The position numbers and the translations under genes are program-made. A stretch of DNA of 64,000 nucleotides from a virus (taxonomy: Duplodnaviria; Caudoviricetes). The stretch lies in the IMG/VR virus record IMGVR_UViG_3300037400_003797, positions 1 through 64,000 of that record. One strand, 5' to 3'. Below the pieces are notes generated by a model. It was not told the DNA's origin, searched no databases, and was given only the letters and a program-made list of their open reading frames with translations. Positions 47,446-57,413 of this stretch are shown here, one piece after another. Numbering within the stretch: the first letter of the stretch is position 1; every line of letters begins with the position of its first letter.

Positions 47446-48305
47446 TGAAATGGTTTAAGCACGATTCAGACGCAATGACAGACAGCAAAATCAGAAAGTT
47501 AATCTTGAAGCATGGGGCGGTAGGTTACGCCGTTTATTTTCACTGTTTGGAGCTGATAGCAAGCACCGTCAGCGAAACAAACATCAATTTTGAGTTGGAG
47601 CATGACGCGGAAATCATAGCCGATGATTTGAAAATCAACGGAAGCGGAACGGAAAGCGGAGCGCAGATTGTTGAGAATATCATGCGCACCATTATTGACC
47701 TTAAACTTTTTGAGGAATCAGACGGTCATATCTTTTGCTTGAAGCTCTTAAAAAGGCTTGATACTTCCATGACTTCAAACAAGTATTTCCGTACTTTGAT
47801 TGCGGAAGCAAAAAGCGCAAGAACACCACAGGCACAAATTCCGGCTCTTGAAGCAACACAGGCAGAAGAGCCGCAGCAGGAAGAAATACCTTACGAAGTC
47901 CAGACACCGGGCGAAGAACAATTTTCTTATGCGCAGAAAGAATACGCTAAGAAGATTTTCGACTTATGGAACGGAGCAGGGCTTCCTTGTCCTAAATCCG
48001 GCTACATTACATTTATGCTCTCTGATTTCAGAATGGCAGTCGGAGAGTTGCAGAAAGAAAAGCTGCATAGCAGTTCAGTAATTGCCGCCGTTGAAAATTA
48101 CATCAAGGTTATGGAGCTTAAAAAAGCGAATAAAACTTGGTGGAATGTAAAATACAGCTTTGACAACTTTGCAAAGTTCAAGAACATAAAAAGATTCTTG
48201 CCGGACTATTTCGACATCACGGAATATCAAGACATGAAGAAAAAGAACGGTTCAGCGGTCGCACAATCGGGAGCAGATTCTAGCGGCGAGGGGGTAGATT
48301 TCTAA
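47445..48305 (+). CDS. Phage replication initiator (DUF4373/Lin1244-like N-terminus)
   Basis: MKWFKHDSDA...GYAVYF; upstream of DnaC-like gene. Confidence 0.75.
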   Translation: MKWFKHDSDAMTDSKIRKLILKHGAVGYAVYFHCLELIASTVSETNINFELEHDAEIIADDLKINGSGTESGAQIVENIMRTIIDLKLFEESDGHIFCLKLLKRLDTSMTSNKYFRTLIAEAKSARTPQAQIPALEATQAEEPQQEEIPYEVQTPGEEQFSYAQKEYAKKIFDLWNGAGLPCPKSGYITFMLSDFRMAVGELQKEKLHSSSVIAAVENYIKVMELKKANKTWWNVKYSFDNFAKFKNIKRFLPDYFDITEYQDMKKKNGSAVAQSGADSSGEGVDF

Positions 48306-49072
48306 TGAGCGAAGAAGAAAAGAAAAACAAAGACCCTATAAAAACCGTGCCGGAAGTTATGAAGAATGTTTTTGCGGGTATTACCGTTGCTTCTGATGAA
48401 GATATTGCGAAGCGTGAAGAAGAAATTCGCAAGTATGAAGAAGAGCAGAGAAAAGCAAACCGGGAGCGCAATTTCTTGAACAGCGGAATAGCAGAGAAAT
48501 TCGAGAATGTAGAACTTTCTGACATTCTGGAGGCAGGAATTGCAGAAATGAAAGACAAAGACGGAAACATCATCACAGATATAAATGTCTTTGAGAAGTT
48601 CATTTCTGATATTGCGGAAGGAAAGCCTAGAGGCTTGTGGCTTTGCGGAAAATACGGAACAGGAAAAAGCGTTTTTGCAATCGCTCTTATGCACGAGCTT
48701 TGCCGCCGTGGTGTTTCCTGCTCATATTTCAAAACACATGAAGTTATGCAGCGGCTTGATGATGTGAAATGGCATTTAAGTCATGAAACAAGAGCGGGAA
48801 TTGTGAAAGAGCTTTGCAGCTCTGATTTCCGTATCTTTGACGAAATCGGGCGTTATCCAGATTCAAAGTGGGAGCAGTTTATATTGTTTGATGTAACGAA
48901 TAAATGTTACGAAAGCTATAAATCAATGCTCTTTATCTCAAATCTGACAAGAAACGAATTAGGCGAGTTTTTGGGCGGGGCTGCTACTGACAGATTCAAG
49001 GGTTTAGGAATGACTATTGAATTCAGCGGCAAATCGTTCAGAGGTTCGGAAAAAGAATTGTACACAAAGTAG
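48305..49072 (+). CDS. DnaC/IstB-like AAA+ helicase loader
   Basis: GKYGTGKS, IFDEIG, ISNL, DRF. Confidence 0.88.
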   Translation: MSEEEKKNKDPIKTVPEVMKNVFAGITVASDEDIAKREEEIRKYEEEQRKANRERNFLNSGIAEKFENVELSDILEAGIAEMKDKDGNIITDINVFEKFISDIAEGKPRGLWLCGKYGTGKSVFAIALMHELCRRGVSCSYFKTHEVMQRLDDVKWHLSHETRAGIVKELCSSDFRIFDEIGRYPDSKWEQFILFDVTNKCYESYKSMLFISNLTRNELGEFLGGAATDRFKGLGMTIEFSGKSFRGSEKELYTK

Positions 49073-49084
49073 GAGAATGAATAT

Positions 49085-49558
49085 ATGACAGACTTAAATC
49101 ATGTTGTTTTGATTGGACGGCTTACCCAAGATTTGGGAAACGATGAAAGAAGTTTCGGATATTTGCCTAACGGACAGGCAAGGGCGAATGTAAGTATTGC
49201 TGTAAATCGAAGCAAGAAACAGGGTGACGAATGGATTAACGAAGTTTTTTATTTTGAAGTTGCAATTTTCGGAAAGACCGCCGAAAACTTGAAGCCGTAT
49301 CTTTTGAAGGGTAAACAAATCTGTGTAGACGGACACCTTAAACAAGACCGCTGGAAAGACCAGCAGGGCAACAACAGAAGCAAAATCAGCATTGTTGCGG
49401 AAAATGTTCAGCTTTTGGGCGGCAAGAGTGAAGATACAACACAGAACGCGGGCGGAAATTATCAGCAGCAGTCTTTCACACCGAAAGCAAATACACAGTA
49501 TCAGACACCGCCTGCACCACCAAGCGATGATGAATTCCCGGAAGACATACCCTTCTGA
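49085..49558 (+). CDS. ssb: Single-stranded DNA-binding protein
   Basis: NHVVLIGRLT, C-terminal EDIPF. Confidence 0.95.
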   Translation: MTDLNHVVLIGRLTQDLGNDERSFGYLPNGQARANVSIAVNRSKKQGDEWINEVFYFEVAIFGKTAENLKPYLLKGKQICVDGHLKQDRWKDQQGNNRSKISIVAENVQLLGGKSEDTTQNAGGNYQQQSFTPKANTQYQTPPAPPSDDEFPEDIPF

Positions 49559-49572
49559 TGTGAGGTTTAAGC

Positions 49573-49746
49573 ATGAAACTTGTTGAGCTTACAGGAAGAT
49601 TACAGGCACTTTGTCATAACGGTTATTCACTTTCAGAAGTGAAGTTCAAAATCAACGGCGTGGAATATACGCCGGAAGATGTGAAGTTGGTTTTTCCTTC
49701 CGAAGTCGTAAAGGGCGGAGAAATTACCGTAAAAATTGAGGGCTGA
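49573..49746 (+). CDS. Small hypothetical protein (57 aa, not in ORF track)
   Basis: MKLVELTGRLQALCH...; GAGG RBS. Confidence 0.55.
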   Translation: MKLVELTGRLQALCHNGYSLSEVKFKINGVEYTPEDVKLVFPSEVVKGGEITVKIEG

Positions 49747-49750
49747 AATT

Positions 49751-49936
49751 ATGGAGATTCAGACAGACAGAAAAACATATAAGACTTTCAAGACGCTTCC
49801 ATGCTGCTATAACTGTAAACACTCTTATTTCAGAATGGGTATTGCGCTTTATTGCAATAACCGCTCGGAGTGGATTAAAGAAGCGAGCGTAGAGCCGATA
49901 GGAACTTGTGACAGTTTCGAGGAAAAGAATGTTTGA
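49751..49936 (+). CDS. Small Cys-rich protein
   Basis: CCYNCKH...C...CDSF. Confidence 0.55.
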   Translation: MEIQTDRKTYKTFKTLPCCYNCKHSYFRMGIALYCNNRSEWIKEASVEPIGTCDSFEEKNV

Positions 49937-50132
49937 CAAGAAAATAAAAGAGCATTGCGGAAACTGTGTTTCTTTTCTGACTGATGAAGATGATAAAGGC
50001 AATGTCACGGAATTTCACCATGACAGGAATAAAGATTGCGGATTTTGCGCCATGCGGGATTTGTTCTACACGGTGCAAAATGATTCAAAACCCTGCGATA
50101 GCTGGGTGCATGACGGAGAAAAAGAGGAATGA
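49929..50132 (+). CDS. Small Cys-rich protein
   Basis: CGNC...C...PCDSW. Confidence 0.55.
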   Translation: MFDKKIKEHCGNCVSFLTDEDDKGNVTEFHHDRNKDCGFCAMRDLFYTVQNDSKPCDSWVHDGEKEE

Positions 50133-50512
50133 ACAAAAACGAATTCGTAAAAGAGATAAAGAAACTTGATAAATCTTGCTTTTATCTTGTGACTGTAGAT
50201 GAAAGTTATGATTTTCAGACAATGGCAAATATCGCAGATATACTTGATAAACAGGGTATAAAATCTGTTGTCATGCCTAAAAACATCAACTTCAAAGAAT
50301 TGCCTGCAGAAAGCAAAGATGAACTTCTTGAATACATAAAGCGTGAAATCGGAATCAAAGACGGTTTTGAAGTTCCGACTAATCCAGAGCAAGAACGCTG
50401 TAGAAACTGTTTGCATTGGGGCGGCAGGGAGTGTATATCAAAAGTAATTTGCGTAAAAGGCAGCGAGTATGTACAGAGAATCAAATTCAAAAAGGCGGTT
50501 CAGCATGAATAG
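50129..50512 (+). CDS. Hypothetical protein
   Basis: 127 aa ORF with Cys-rich end. Confidence 0.6.
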   Translation: MNKNEFVKEIKKLDKSCFYLVTVDESYDFQTMANIADILDKQGIKSVVMPKNINFKELPAESKDELLEYIKREIGIKDGFEVPTNPEQERCRNCLHWGGRECISKVICVKGSEYVQRIKFKKAVQHE

Positions 50513-50873
50513 CGGATTTGGAAGAAGTTATTTCGCACTCCCTAAGAAAAATAAATACGGTAACAGAAAAACAACGGTTGAAGGAATTACCTTTGATTCT
50601 GCTAAAGAAGCGAATCGTTACCGCGAGCTTAAAATGCTTGAAATTTCGGGGCTGATTTCTGACTTGAAGATTCGGCAGCGTTTTGAGATTGTACCGAAAG
50701 CGGGCGGAAATAAAAGAGCAAGGTTTTATGTCGCTGATTTCACATATCTGGAAGGTGGAAAGAAAATCATTGAAGATGTAAAAAGCCCTATTACCCGCAG
50801 TAATGCAGTTTATACGCTTAAAAAAGCGTTGGTGCTTTGGCAATATCCAGATTGGAATTTCCGGGAATCGTGA
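50505..50873 (+). CDS. DUF1064-like nuclease
   Basis: NKYGN, FDSxKEA, YVADF, EDVK. Confidence 0.85.
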   Translation: MNSGFGRSYFALPKKNKYGNRKTTVEGITFDSAKEANRYRELKMLEISGLISDLKIRQRFEIVPKAGGNKRARFYVADFTYLEGGKKIIEDVKSPITRSNAVYTLKKALVLWQYPDWNFRES

Positions 50874-51171
50874 TATGTGCAGAAGTTGTATTGATTGCAA
50901 AAGGCTTTATGTCTGCAAACCGTTTTATTCAAAAAGGCTTAAAAAAGAAGTTCAAAACTATGTTTGCAAGACAAAAAGAAGAATGATAAGCAAAAAGTTT
51001 TATGAAATGTTTCCGTTGCGATACGGTTGTTTCGAGAAAAAATAGTCATATTTTAGGTGGGAAGTATGAAAAATTTGCAAACTTTGACATAATAGGTTAT
51101 AACAAAAAAAAAGAAAAACCCAACGAAGAAAACATAACGGCGATTCTGACCTTAGCCGTATGGGGTGGATT

Positions 51172-51483
51172 ATGTCATATTCGTTGGATAAACTTGTAAA
51201 ATCTCTTGAAAACCGCATACAGAAAATTGACAGCGGTTATATAAAACTTGGATTTGAGAGCGGAAAACTTGTAGCCGTTGCACAATATAACAATCCCACA
51301 GAAGAAGAAAGAAAATACCCTGTTGTCAAAGAGGGCTTTTCACTTGCGGAAGAACTGAAAGAAGCAAGTGTAAGCACTTTTTACGGCACTTTGGGCTTTG
51401 TCTTTTCTGGAAAGAAAATCACAAATTGCTATAAATCTCAATCATGGAAAGGCTCAACTTTGGAGCTTTTTATCGGGGGCTGA
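51172..51483 (+). CDS. Hypothetical protein
   Basis: ORF upstream of packaging genes. Confidence 0.6.
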   Translation: MSYSLDKLVKSLENRIQKIDSGYIKLGFESGKLVAVAQYNNPTEEERKYPVVKEGFSLAEELKEASVSTFYGTLGFVFSGKKITNCYKSQSWKGSTLELFIGG

Positions 51484-51485
51484 TT

Positions 51486-51671
51486 ATGCAGTTATGCCCG
51501 AAATGCAGAAAAGAAATCCGTTATATTCCTGTCAAATACGATGAAGTTATCGTGTGTGATGATGAATTAACAACAGTCTACACAGAGCGTGGGCGGCGTG
51601 TGGAAGGGTATCAACCGCATAAATGCAAGGAGCTGAACAATGCCAAGAGCGAAGAAAACAACAACGGCTGA
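51486..51671 (+). CDS. Small zinc-finger protein
   Basis: CPKC...CD...HKC. Confidence 0.55.
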   Translation: MQLCPKCRKEIRYIPVKYDEVIVCDDELTTVYTERGRRVEGYQPHKCKELNNAKSEENNNG

Positions 51672-52407
51672 AAAAGAACAGAAAGAAAAGAAGCCTCGCA
51701 AACCGACAAAGAAAACAATTCCGGCAGAAGGTGAGCCGACAAACTTAGACATTGATTTGAACTCTTTTGATTGGGGCGAAGATTGCAAGCTGAACGACAG
51801 ACAGAAATATTTTGTTATCTGGTTTACATATCCGGGAAGGACATATCACAACGCTATGCAATCTGCAATAAAAGCAGGATATACCAAAAAGACGGCTAAT
51901 GTTTTGTCGCCCGCCATACGCAGAAACCCGGAAATTTCCGCGCTCATTAAAAAGTTTGATGATATGTATGTCAGAGAATCGCTTGATGATTTTTACCACC
52001 GGGCAATAACTGACAAGATTGCAAGAGCGACTTTTGATGTAAACGATTTTCACGAAGTCAAGAAATACACGGACAAGGACGGCAACGAAAGGGAGTATTT
52101 AAGCATTAAAGACCCTTCGACACTTACGCCGGAGCAGAGAAAGTGTATTGACGGTGTAAAGTTCAACAATAACGGAACGCCAAGCTATGAATTCGCAAAC
52201 AGAACTCATGAAATGGAAGTTTTGATGAAGCTGCACGAAATGGCAAGCGGCGAGAAGAAAAACACAGAAAGCGAAATGGAATTGACCATTGAGCAGATAA
52301 AAGACAAAGTGACCGCAAAGCTGAAAGTCATTCAGAAAAAGGACGAAGAAGAAGAGCTTGCGGGTAAATACATTGACGAGCCGGACAATTTGCTAGAGGA
52401 AGCGTAA
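51640..52407 (+). CDS. terS: Terminase small subunit
   Basis: LNDRQKYFV...NAMQSAIKAGY; directly upstream of TerL. Confidence 0.8.
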   Translation: MPRAKKTTTAEKEQKEKKPRKPTKKTIPAEGEPTNLDIDLNSFDWGEDCKLNDRQKYFVIWFTYPGRTYHNAMQSAIKAGYTKKTANVLSPAIRRNPEISALIKKFDDMYVRESLDDFYHRAITDKIARATFDVNDFHEVKKYTDKDGNEREYLSIKDPSTLTPEQRKCIDGVKFNNNGTPSYEFANRTHEMEVLMKLHEMASGEKKNTESEMELTIEQIKDKVTAKLKVIQKKDEEEELAGKYIDEPDNLLEEA

Positions 52408-54060
52408 ATGTTTACACCCGATGAAAGATTGCGGTTTTGTTACACCTTTATGAAGTTCAATGAGCGTGATATTGATTTGGACTTCTGGCAAAACCGCTAT
52501 ATCCGCAGTATGTCAAGATTCTCTATTCTGGTAAAATCACGCCGTACAGGTTTTTCTTTTGTGACTTCCATGAAGGGAGTTGTCAAAGCGATAGACCCGG
52601 ACAGAGTAGCATATACAAAGCAGTTTGTTTCTTACAACGAATCGGACGCGGTAGAAAAAATAAACTATGCCGCGCAATTCTATGAATCTCTTCCGGGAAA
52701 TGTACGGAAAGTATGCAAGACAAACAACAAGACAGAACTTGATTTTCTTGACAAAAACGGAAAAACAATAAGCCGTCTTATCTCTATTCCTTGTCGCCCT
52801 CCTCGCGGAAAGGGAGGCGATATTGCCCTTGATGAATATGCGATTTATTTACCGAAAATGTCAGACGCAGTTTATACGGCTGCATTACCTGTAATTTCTC
52901 GTGGTGGTTGTATCGAAATGGGAAGCTCACCACTCGGAAAAATCGGCAAGTTTTATGAAATCTATTCTGACAAAGAAACATATAAGAGTTACGAACGCTA
53001 TAACATTCCGTGGTGGTTCTCTTCCGGCTTGTGTGTTGATGTTCCAATGGCGGTAAAGATTGCGCCGGAAATGACAACAGAAGAGCGTGTTTTCACTTTT
53101 GGTACAGACATCATCAAAGAGATTTACAACTCTATGGAGCTGGAAAAGTTTCAGCAGGAATATGAATGTCGGTTCATTGATGAAGCTGCAAGCTATATCC
53201 CGCTTGAATTGATTTATGAAAACACTCCCGGACGCGATAACGAAGAAAAACTTATCGAAATGAGTAAAGATGAATCAATCACCGATGAAGAGTATTGGGA
53301 ATACAACAGGGGCGTTGATTTTCAAGCGTACACTTCGGAAGATGAAGCGATTCTGCAATACAAAAAAGAAATGCACGGTTCACCTTTATTTCTGGGCTTC
53401 GATGTTGCAAAACATCGGGATGCTATGTCTATTTATTTAATCGGTATGAAGGGCGACAAGAAAAGGAGTTTTGCCCGGATTGAAAGAAAAGGCATGAGCT
53501 ATGAGCAACAGGGAGATATTGCCGAAAAGCTCTTTAGAGAATTGCCGATTTACCGTGGAGCAATCGACCGAACAGGTAGCGGCGATGGCGTTTATGAGCG
53601 GCTCTACAAGAAATTCGGGGATAAAATAGACGGTGTATATTTCACTCCACAAATGAAAGAACAGCTTGCAATCGAAGCAAAAAGGGGATTGGAACAACAC
53701 GAATTCGCACTTGAAAACAACAAAGATTTTCACTCACAGATTCACAGTATTAAGCGCATGGACGCTGTAGGAAAGTATTTCAGATATGACGCAGAGCGAA
53801 ACGAGAAAGGTCATGCAGATAGTTTCTGGGCATGGGCTTTAGCGAACTTTGCGAGCATGGACGCTAAAAAAATATCGTTCTACAAACAATATGCTAGTCA
53901 AAAAAACAATACTGTGGTACAATCGGTAGTAGATTCTACGATAAATCGCACAGAAAACGAAGTAAAACCCATCGAAAAACGCGCCGAAACTCTGACCCAT
54001 AGGCGCGGAAAATCGCTTGATAGCGTTATGCGGGGTTTTACAAATGCTTGGAATAAATAA
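52408..54060 (+). CDS. terL: Terminase large subunit (Mu gp28-like)
   Basis: KSRRTGFS, IALDEYA, FQQEYEC, GFDVA, GHAD. Confidence 0.92.
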   Translation: MFTPDERLRFCYTFMKFNERDIDLDFWQNRYIRSMSRFSILVKSRRTGFSFVTSMKGVVKAIDPDRVAYTKQFVSYNESDAVEKINYAAQFYESLPGNVRKVCKTNNKTELDFLDKNGKTISRLISIPCRPPRGKGGDIALDEYAIYLPKMSDAVYTAALPVISRGGCIEMGSSPLGKIGKFYEIYSDKETYKSYERYNIPWWFSSGLCVDVPMAVKIAPEMTTEERVFTFGTDIIKEIYNSMELEKFQQEYECRFIDEAASYIPLELIYENTPGRDNEEKLIEMSKDESITDEEYWEYNRGVDFQAYTSEDEAILQYKKEMHGSPLFLGFDVAKHRDAMSIYLIGMKGDKKRSFARIERKGMSYEQQGDIAEKLFRELPIYRGAIDRTGSGDGVYERLYKKFGDKIDGVYFTPQMKEQLAIEAKRGLEQHEFALENNKDFHSQIHSIKRMDAVGKYFRYDAERNEKGHADSFWAWALANFASMDAKKISFYKQYASQKNNTVVQSVVDSTINRTENEVKPIEKRAETLTHRRGKSLDSVMRGFTNAWNK

Positions 54061-55669
54061 ACCTACTCCCATAAACATTAAGAAAGAAATCGCAAGGCGA
54101 GCCGAATTTGACAAAATGGGGCTGGGGCAGGGCGAAGGTTCTTTCTTCAATGACAACGGCAGACTACACGGCGCAAGTTCTTCATTCTTTGACCCATTCA
54201 CAGTATCAGACACTTCAATCGCAGGTTTACGATGTGTAAGCCGGGCAATGAACGGCTCTGTAAGTGCAAGCGTTTTACGCAGAATTGCAGATAAAGCATG
54301 GGTTATAAACATCTGTATCAACAACATTCAGAAAAAAGTTAAACCGTTTTTGAAACCTTCTACAGACCGCAATATTCGCGGTTTCGTTATCCTCAAAAAA
54401 GGCGAGGAACTCGGAAAAGCCGCCGGACAGAAAAGCGCAAAGCGAAAAGAAATCGAAGATTTCATAGTTCATACAGGAAACTACAAAGATACCGACCGTG
54501 ACACTCTTACGGTATTTTCAGAAAAGATTATCCGCGATTGGCTGACGATTGCACAGGCAAGTACAGAAATGCAGTACAATGTGGCAGGAAAGCCGATAGC
54601 ATTTTTTGCCGTGGATTCTGGCACTATTGAGCGTGTTTTGCCGAATTCGGAACACCCGGAATTCAAGTATGCGCAAGTAATACACGGTATGGCGCGGGTA
54701 GCATACACTGACAAGGAAATGATTGTTCAGATTGCAAATCCGCAGACTGATATTTACCGCTCTTTCTATGGTCACTCACCAATCGAACAGGCAATAGACC
54801 TTATTGCAAGCGAAATCAACACAATCACATATAACGCCGGAGCATTTACAGAAAACAAATTGCCGCGAGGTATGCTTCTTGTTGACGGTGATTTGGATTA
54901 TGAATCAACGGAAGAAATGGTTGATTATGTTTCCGAAATTATGAACGGAAGCCCGGCTAATCAGTGGCGAGTGCCTATCATTCCTTCTGGTGGCGGAAAA
55001 GAGGGCGGAAACAATTCTATCAAGTGGGTACAGCTTGGCGGAAATAACCGCGATATGGAATTCTCAAATTGGCTTGACTTCCTTGTTTCAAATGTCGTAG
55101 CCCTTTTTGGTTGCAGCATGGAAGAATTGGGGCTTCATTCGCAGAAGTCACAGGCAATGTTTGAGCGTGAAGGAAAGACACGAATTGAGCAGGCAAAATC
55201 TACAATTCTTGGTGATACTCTCTCATTCTTACAGGATTACATCAACCGTATTCTTGATATTGCATACCCAGATTATGAGCTTGAATTCGTAGGGTACGAA
55301 AAAGACGACCCTAAAGCAATCGTTGACATTGATAAATCAGAAGTTGAAGCGTACAAGACATTGAACGAAAAGCGCGAAGAAAAAGGCATGAAAAAACTTG
55401 ATGCCGAATGGGCTGACATTCCGCTTAACCCGCAAGCCGTGCAGCTTTTCCAGAGCGCACAGGCACAACAGCAGCAGGGCGGAGATATGGGCGGCTCTGA
55501 TGATGATTCATGGGGTGATTATCAAGGCGCAATTATGGGTGACGATGCCGAAGCTGGCGACTTTGGAAGTGAAGGAAATGCAGAAGAGCCTGCAGAAGAA
55601 AACGGCGGGGAAGAAATGCAGAAGTCACTTCTTGAAAGAACAAGGGAACTTGTGAGAATCCGAATATGA
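54044..55669 (+). CDS. Portal protein
   Basis: GHSPIE, RDMEF, TLNEKR; follows TerL. Confidence 0.85.
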   Translation: MLGINKPTPINIKKEIARRAEFDKMGLGQGEGSFFNDNGRLHGASSSFFDPFTVSDTSIAGLRCVSRAMNGSVSASVLRRIADKAWVINICINNIQKKVKPFLKPSTDRNIRGFVILKKGEELGKAAGQKSAKRKEIEDFIVHTGNYKDTDRDTLTVFSEKIIRDWLTIAQASTEMQYNVAGKPIAFFAVDSGTIERVLPNSEHPEFKYAQVIHGMARVAYTDKEMIVQIANPQTDIYRSFYGHSPIEQAIDLIASEINTITYNAGAFTENKLPRGMLLVDGDLDYESTEEMVDYVSEIMNGSPANQWRVPIIPSGGGKEGGNNSIKWVQLGGNNRDMEFSNWLDFLVSNVVALFGCSMEELGLHSQKSQAMFEREGKTRIEQAKSTILGDTLSFLQDYINRILDIAYPDYELEFVGYEKDDPKAIVDIDKSEVEAYKTLNEKREEKGMKKLDAEWADIPLNPQAVQLFQSAQAQQQQGGDMGGSDDDSWGDYQGAIMGDDAEAGDFGSEGNAEEPAEENGGEEMQKSLLERTRELVRIRI

Positions 55670-57345
55670 ACAAAACCGTAGTATTGGAATTCACAAACAT
55701 TACACCTCAAAATTGCCGCTACAAGTTTGAAAAGGCGATTCACGCAGTTTCTAAACAACTCGGAATTCCTGCTTCTGTCGAAAAGCAGAATACAGAACAT
55801 ACAGGAGAGGCTTTTGCTTTTGCTTCGCAGGAGCAATTAACCTATAAGTGGTATGACTATTTCAATAACGCAATCAAAGAAGTTTATTATTTTGTCGCTG
55901 ATTATTTTGATTTACCGATTCAGAATGTACTTCAAAAAGCCGGGGAACTTATTCACAGAGGGCAGATTCTTTACTCACCCGAAACAGGAAAGCCGATTAA
56001 AAAGGCTGATTGGGATAGGTTTGTAAAGGCTCTTGAAAAGATTCTCAATCAGAAATTCAACGGCAGCGGAGAAAAGATTGTACTTGAAAGCAAGGCGTTG
56101 GGAAAACTTCTTGACCGTATGCTTAAATACAATAAGTTGCCGGAAGTAAAAGACATCAGCCTTTCAGATATAAGATATTCAAACAAAACTTTTGACTACA
56201 TCGCCGAAAGCACAAAGACCGCTGAAAAAGTTTTCGGGGCAATGGATAATACCCGGATAGAGCTTATTCAGCAGAGCGCGGCAGAAAGAATATCGGGAAT
56301 GACTGACGAACTCAAAACCGAAGTAAAGCAGACCCTTATTGACGGCATAAAGTCACGCAAGGGAAAGCAGCAGATTTCACAAGACCTGTTTAATAGACTT
56401 TCCGGCACAAACAGAGATTTCAGAAAAATTGCCGACACAGAGATTCAGAACAACATAAACAATTCATTCATTGAAGAAGAAGTGTCTAACGCCGAGGCGG
56501 GGGAAAAAGTCTACTTTCAGCGCATAGAGATTGTAGACGGCGCAACCTGTCCTTTCTGCAAGAAGATGAACGGAGTAATTGCCGTATGGAGCGAAACACC
56601 ACTTTCAAACGACAAGGTAGACGGCGACCCATACGCAACAGTAGCACTTTGGGAAGGTAAGGATTGGAACGGACAAAAGAACTATGTCGCAAACGGAGCT
56701 TTTCACCCTTATTGCCGGGGAATCTGGACTAGGTGGAATTCACGCATTAACGCATATTCCGCAATGCTTAAAAAGCGAAGTGAGGATTACAACAAGGCAA
56801 TAGACAAAGCCCGCGAGGAATGGAAAGCAAAGGGAATCGAAAACCCGAACGACAAAACACCGGGATATATCGACCGTATCAACGAATTGTATAACGGCAC
56901 TATTCAGAAATCACTCACATGGAGCGGTCACGAATTGCAGGACAGATACAATTTTGCGGGGCTGAAAATCTCGGTAGAGAACAAGAAGGGAAGCACCAGA
57001 AGCGGAAAAGACAAAGACGGTCACGAGTGGCACACATTCATGCACTATGACTATGGCTATATACGAGGTACAGAAGGAACTGACGGCGACCATGTAGATT
57101 GCTATATAGGCGATAACGAGGACGCAAAGAATGTTTACATCATTCATCAGAACGACCCTGTAACAAACAAGTACGATGAAGATAAATGTATGCTCGGTTT
57201 TGATTCTCTTGAATCTGCAAAGGCTGCATACCTCAAACAGTATGACAGACCGGGATTTTTAGGAAGTATTACCACAATGAGCATTGACGAATTCAAAGAT
57301 TATGTACTTGCAAAAGAAAATCACGGAGAGCGAATTCAACCTTGA
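55666..57345 (+). CDS. MuF-like head morphogenesis protein fused to an inorganic-pyrophosphatase-like domain
   Basis: IADTE, CPFC, HPYCR; C-terminal YGYIRGTEGTDGDHVD and DEDKCMLGF. Confidence 0.85.
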   Translation: MNKTVVLEFTNITPQNCRYKFEKAIHAVSKQLGIPASVEKQNTEHTGEAFAFASQEQLTYKWYDYFNNAIKEVYYFVADYFDLPIQNVLQKAGELIHRGQILYSPETGKPIKKADWDRFVKALEKILNQKFNGSGEKIVLESKALGKLLDRMLKYNKLPEVKDISLSDIRYSNKTFDYIAESTKTAEKVFGAMDNTRIELIQQSAAERISGMTDELKTEVKQTLIDGIKSRKGKQQISQDLFNRLSGTNRDFRKIADTEIQNNINNSFIEEEVSNAEAGEKVYFQRIEIVDGATCPFCKKMNGVIAVWSETPLSNDKVDGDPYATVALWEGKDWNGQKNYVANGAFHPYCRGIWTRWNSRINAYSAMLKKRSEDYNKAIDKAREEWKAKGIENPNDKTPGYIDRINELYNGTIQKSLTWSGHELQDRYNFAGLKISVENKKGSTRSGKDKDGHEWHTFMHYDYGYIRGTEGTDGDHVDCYIGDNEDAKNVYIIHQNDPVTNKYDEDKCMLGFDSLESAKAAYLKQYDRPGFLGSITTMSIDEFKDYVLAKENHGERIQP

Positions 57346-57413
57346 TTTTTAGGTTGATTTAGGGAAAAACGCCAAATTTGAGCAAATTTGCACAAACATT
57401 AAGGAGATATAAA

